This document shows, piece after piece, positions 60,656 through 64,000 of a DNA stretch of 64,000 nt. The notes beneath the pieces are model-generated. The model had not been told where the DNA came from, searched no databases, and saw only the letters and a program-made list of their open reading frames with translations. The stretch's first letter is position 1. Each line of letters starts with the position of its first letter. The translations under genes were made by a program, and so were the position numbers. The stretch is from a bacterium. Its GTDB lineage: Bacteria > Electryoneota > Electryoneia > Electryoneales > Electryoneaceae. The stretch covers positions 3,776,001 to 3,840,000 of the forward strand of contig OY769902.1 in assembly GCA_963669175.1 (NCBI GenBank), in the 5' to 3' direction.

Positions 60656-61360
60656 AACTCCGCAGTAGTTGGATAAGTGAGCCCCGGGTACGTGCCGTCT
60701 GTTTGGCACGCACCCAGGGTACAGTATTATCCAGTATTCTTACTCCGAAGGAGTTGGATAGAGTTCTCCCATCTATAGTTGGTTGCATAAATAATGGCTG
60801 CTCACAAGAATTTGTGCATACTTTCGAAGAGCACGTTTCGTCAGGTCTTGATGTGATGCCTTTTTCTTGTTCTTCTCCGCAATTTCAAACACCTGTCCGA
60901 CTTCACAGCTGCTATTTCGCATGATAGATGGTCATCAGGCATCACGTTGTGACCTGACGACAGCGAGAGTGCTGATACCGGTGGCAGGTCACAACGCGAC
61001 AATAACAGGACGCGAGGTGGTTTCAGTATCATCGTGCATCCAGGAAAACATAGCGAAAGCTGAAAACGGAAAGTCGCGTCAAGACCTGCCACAACATTGC
61101 CCGGATGCACAAATTCTTGTGAGGAACCTAAATAATGTTGCATTGGACAGTAAAACTTCGAGATCCCCGGTTGATCCCCGTCTACAACCTTCGGGGAGGA
61201 GATGACATGATGCGACATTTTTTCTGATGATCGCTTAATCAGCGTCTTCAAGCTTCTATCCAACTCTTTCAGAGTTGATTTCCTCTAAACATCAAACCCA
61301 AGGTAGGAGTCAAACTGACGACTCCTACCCTGGGCTCACTTATCTAACTCCTTCGGAGTA
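60656..61360. repeat. REPIN-like outer inverted repeat (ACTCCGAAGGAGTT family)
   Basis: 60656-60690 pairs with 61326-61360; 60742-60762 pairs with 61255-61275. Confidence 0.85.
60796..61128. mobile_element. 333-bp MITE (non-autonomous IS derivative)
   Basis: 24-bp TIRs GGCTGCTCACAAGAATTTGTGCAT and ATGCACAAATTCTTGTGAGGAACC (inner 19 bp perfect); 8-bp TSD TAAATAAT at 60788-60795 and 61129-61136. Confidence 0.85.
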
Positions 61361-61388
61361 TTAACAACTACTATAGCAGACTGTGTGG

Positions 61389-61471
61389 ACTCCTTTGGCA
61401 CAACAACAAATGTACGCTGATTACTTGAACTCCTTTGGCACAACAACAATTGTTTGCCACCTGCTACTTCA
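61389..61471. repeat. ~40-bp direct duplication reaching the purC stop codon
   Basis: ACTCCTTTGGCACAACAACAA at 61389 and 61429. Confidence 0.75.
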
Positions 61472-62381
61472 GAATCGCCTCAGCAATTTCCGGTCCAGCG
61501 ATACGGGAGAAAATGGTGACATAGGCGTGTGAAGTCATCGCCAGTACATCTTCCGGAAGTTTCGGCCCCGGAGGAGTTTTATCCCAGCCGCTCTCTTCCA
61601 GGAAATTCCGAACGATCTGCTTGTCAAAACTCGGCGGCTCCTGTCCGGCTTCAACCTGGTCCGCAGGCCAGAAGCGGCTGCTGTCCGGGGTGAGAACTTC
61701 GTCGATCAGGACAATCTCACCATCCAGCAGTCCAAACTCAAACTTGGTATCGGCGATGATGATGCCCTTGTCAAACGCGTAATCGGCCGCCTGGGTGTAG
61801 ATCTTCAGGGAAAGCTCTTCCAGCTTCTTCGCGTTTTCTTCACCGATGATTTCTGCAGCCTGTTCAACCGAGATATTCTCGTCATGGCCTTCAGTGGCTT
61901 TGGTCGAGGGGGTGAAGATCGGCTGCGGTAATTTCTGCGCTTTCTGCATCCCTTCGGGAAGCTTGTGACCGCAGACTGCCCCTGTCTTCATGTAATCCTT
62001 GTAACCAGAACCGGCAAGATAGCCACGAACAATACATTCTACAGGGAAAACTTCCGCCTTCTTCATCAACACACTGCGTCCGGTCAGGTCCAGTTTCTCT
62101 TCGTCTGACAATCCTGCCAATGCAGGCAAATCACCGGCAACATGATCTTCGATAAGAGCGTTCTTGACCGTCTCACCGAAGAAGCCAAACCAGAACAGGC
62201 TCATCAGGTTCAGGACTTTCCCCTTGTTGGGAATCGGGTCCGGCAGGATGACATCAAACGCGCTCAGACGGTCGGTTGTGACGATCAACAGCGTATCTTC
62301 ATCCACTTCAAACATCTCACGGACTTTCCCTGAGTTGATTTTCTTCAGGGGCAGGTCCAACGTATGCAAAGTATTACTCAT
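61464..62381 (-). CDS. purC: SAICAR synthase
   Basis: GKVREM, TDRLSAFDV, ECIVRGYLAGSG, FTPSTK, ADTKFEFG, DEVLTPDSSRFW, SFDKQ. Confidence 0.97.
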   Translation of the reverse strand: MSNTLHTLDLPLKKINSGKVREMFEVDEDTLLIVTTDRLSAFDVILPDPIPNKGKVLNLMSLFWFGFFGETVKNALIEDHVAGDLPALAGLSDEEKLDLTGRSVLMKKAEVFPVECIVRGYLAGSGYKDYMKTGAVCGHKLPEGMQKAQKLPQPIFTPSTKATEGHDENISVEQAAEIIGEENAKKLEELSLKIYTQAADYAFDKGIIIADTKFEFGLLDGEIVLIDEVLTPDSSRFWPADQVEAGQEPPSFDKQIVRNFLEESGWDKTPPGPKLPEDVLAMTSHAYVTIFSRIAGPEIAEAILK

Positions 62382-62421
62382 GGGTTTCCTCGTATGCTTG
62401 GGATTCTCGTTTCGATGCAGG

Positions 62422-62450
62422 AAAGTACACCTCCACCCTTTTTCCCGCAA
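62422..62450 (-). promoter_or_regulatory. Putative sigma70 promoter of purC
   Basis: TTGCGG-N17-TACTTT on the minus strand, about 40 bp before the ATG. Confidence 0.5.
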
Positions 62451-62660
62451 GCGTATCATCTCGGTTGCGAGATTTCCGGGAGGGGCAACCCGGTGCGAAT
62501 GGAATGCTCTTTCCTCATAAATCCCGAGCCGCTCTTTGGCTGAAACAGTAACGGTAGATATGGATGCCTTTGCTTGCTGTGCAGAAGTGGAAATGTGATA
62601 ATTCCAGCGACTCGGGCCATCCGATCAACAAGCGTATTATCAAGGGCAAAAGATAAACAG

Positions 62661-62879
62661 GTCCGTGTGGCCCGGCGTGCTTGCACCCGGGCAGAGTAAG
62701 GCTGACGATCTATATCGACGAGGCGTGCTACAGAAAGCTACATGGCCAAAGAGATAGAGAGAATGTGTATTGAGTTCACAGCGCCCGGGTGCAAGCACAC
62801 CGGGCCACACAGACTGTATTCACACGACAGACTGTATTCACACGACAGACTGTATTCACCACACAGACTGTATTCACAC
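62661..62879. repeat. REP doublet plus adjacent 18-bp tandem repeat x4
   Basis: 62661-62692 and 62783-62814 are reverse complements (30/32); CAGACTGTATTCAC(ACGA) at 62810, 62828, 62846, 62864. Confidence 0.85.
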
Positions 62880-62952
62880 TATTGCCTCGGTCACAATAAT
62901 TGAGTGCATCTCGTTGCATCTACAGAGCCTTATCGAAATATTATTGGGAACA

Positions 62953-62981
62953 TTGCCCGAGCCGAGTGTGTGCATTACTTT
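62953..62981 (+). promoter_or_regulatory. Putative sigma70 promoter of thrS
   Basis: TTGCCC-N17-TACTTT. Confidence 0.5.
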
Positions 62982-63015
62982 GCGGGATTCAGATTTGCAT
63001 AAAAGGAGTAGACTG

Positions 63016-64000
63016 ATGTCACTGAAACTGAAGTTCGAAGACGGCCATGAGGCAGAAGTCGCTGAAGGCGTGAAGCCGGAAGACCTGCTGGAAGAGGCCG
63101 GTGTGTCAAAAAAGAAAGCTGTTGCTGCAAAGCTTAACGGCCAGATCATAGATATCAATCGTCCGATCACTACCGACGGCACGATTGAGTTTATCCGGAA
63201 AGGTAAAGATGCGGACGCACTGCACGTCCTCCGCCACACGACTTCCCATGTCATGGCCCAGGCTGTGATGCGTCTGTTTGACGATGTGGAATTCGCCATC
63301 GGTCCGACCATCGAGGATGGTTTTTATTACGATTTTGATCTCCCGCATGTGCTGTCACCGGAAGATTTCGAGGCGATTGAAGCGGAAATGCGCAAGATCA
63401 TCGCGGCCGATTATCCGGTGGTACGTAAAGAGGTCACCGAAGAAGAAGCCAACGAGATTTTCGGACAGCAGAAAGCCACATTCAAACGCGAACTGCTTTC
63501 CGGTTTGGAAGGCCAGACCATCAGTTTCTACGAACAGGATGACTTCATTGACCTGTGTCGCGGACCGCACCTGACCAGCACCGGCCAGATTCCCGCATTC
63601 AAGCTGTTGACCGTGGCAGGCGCGTACTGGCGTGGTAAAGAGACCAACCCGATGCTGCAACGTATTTACGGTACAGCATTCTTCTCGGAAAAGGATCTTA
63701 AATCCTATCTGAACCAGTTAGAAGAAGCCCGGAAACGAGACCATCGCAAGATCGGCCAGGCGCTTGACCTGTTCAGTTTCCAGGCGGAGGGTCCGGGCTT
63801 TGTGTTCTGGCATCCGAACGGAACCATCATATTTGAAGAACTGCTACGTTTCATGCGGGAGAAGCTGTTCGAATACAATTATGAAGAGATCCGGACCCCG
63901 GAAGTCCTGGCAAAGGAACTCTGGCTGGAGAGCGGTCACTGGGATCATTACCGTGAGAACATGTACTTCACCGAAATCGACGAGAAGGAATACGCCCTGA
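63016..64000 (+). CDS. thrS: Threonine--tRNA ligase (5' part; runs off the window)
   Basis: AAGGAG RBS; manual translation gives MSLKLKFEDG...LRHTTSHVMAQA...GPTIEDGFYYDF...DLCRGPH...AGAYWRG...LQRIYG...RDHRKIG. Confidence 0.97.
   Translation, partial: MSLKLKFEDGHEAEVAEGVKPEDLLEEAGVSKKKAVAAKLNGQIIDINRPITTDGTIEFIRKGKDADALHVLRHTTSHVMAQAVMRLFDDVEFAIGPTIEDGFYYDFDLPHVLSPEDFEAIEAEMRKIIAADYPVVRKEVTEEEANEIFGQQKATFKRELLSGLEGQTISFYEQDDFIDLCRGPHLTSTGQIPAFKLLTVAGAYWRGKETNPMLQRIYGTAFFSEKDLKSYLNQLEEARKRDHRKIGQALDLFSFQAEGPGFVFWHPNGTIIFEELLRFMREKLFEYNYEEIRTPEVLAKELWLESGHWDHYRENMYFTEIDEKEYAL

Noticed and set aside
62382-62660. Purine, ZTP or PRPP riboswitch before purC
   Set aside because: No consensus seen, and a promoter-like element lies only about 40 bp from the start codon.

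Overview
Bacterial chromosomal window of about 50% GC from a diderm, probably anaerobic organism; the C-terminal 'YPNPFNP' FlgD/T9SS-like sorting domain and LPS-export genes suggest the FCB group (inference). Coding content is mostly housekeeping: partial cheA plus a STAS protein, a large secreted modular protein, korDABC, an MBOAT/SGNH pair, crcB, kdsC-OMP-lptCAB-rpoN, a ClpX-like ATPase, an ABC permease, a secreted transglutaminase-like protein, a TonB receptor with an AraC regulator, dnaK, an ECF sigma/anti-sigma pair, folD, GT2, galT, GH57, nadC, a TPR protein, uvrD, mltG, LOG, saccharopine dehydrogenase, AAA-DUF4143, trxB, rsmE, an HEXXH peptidase, an MBL hydrolase, purC and partial thrS. 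I found no rRNA, tRNA, CRISPR array, transposase or integrase. The unusual signal is intergenic: several REP/REPIN-like palindrome families, a MITE with 24-bp TIRs and an 8-bp TSD nested inside a REPIN, and tandem arrays (49, 30, 28, 19, 18 bp) that repeatedly abut REP hairpins. There are also duplicated gene 3' ends, one set of which (IEINLEIK*) differs almost only at synonymous sites. Sigma-54 promoters precede rpoN and dnaK. All calls come from reading the sequence and ORF track; no database search was run.
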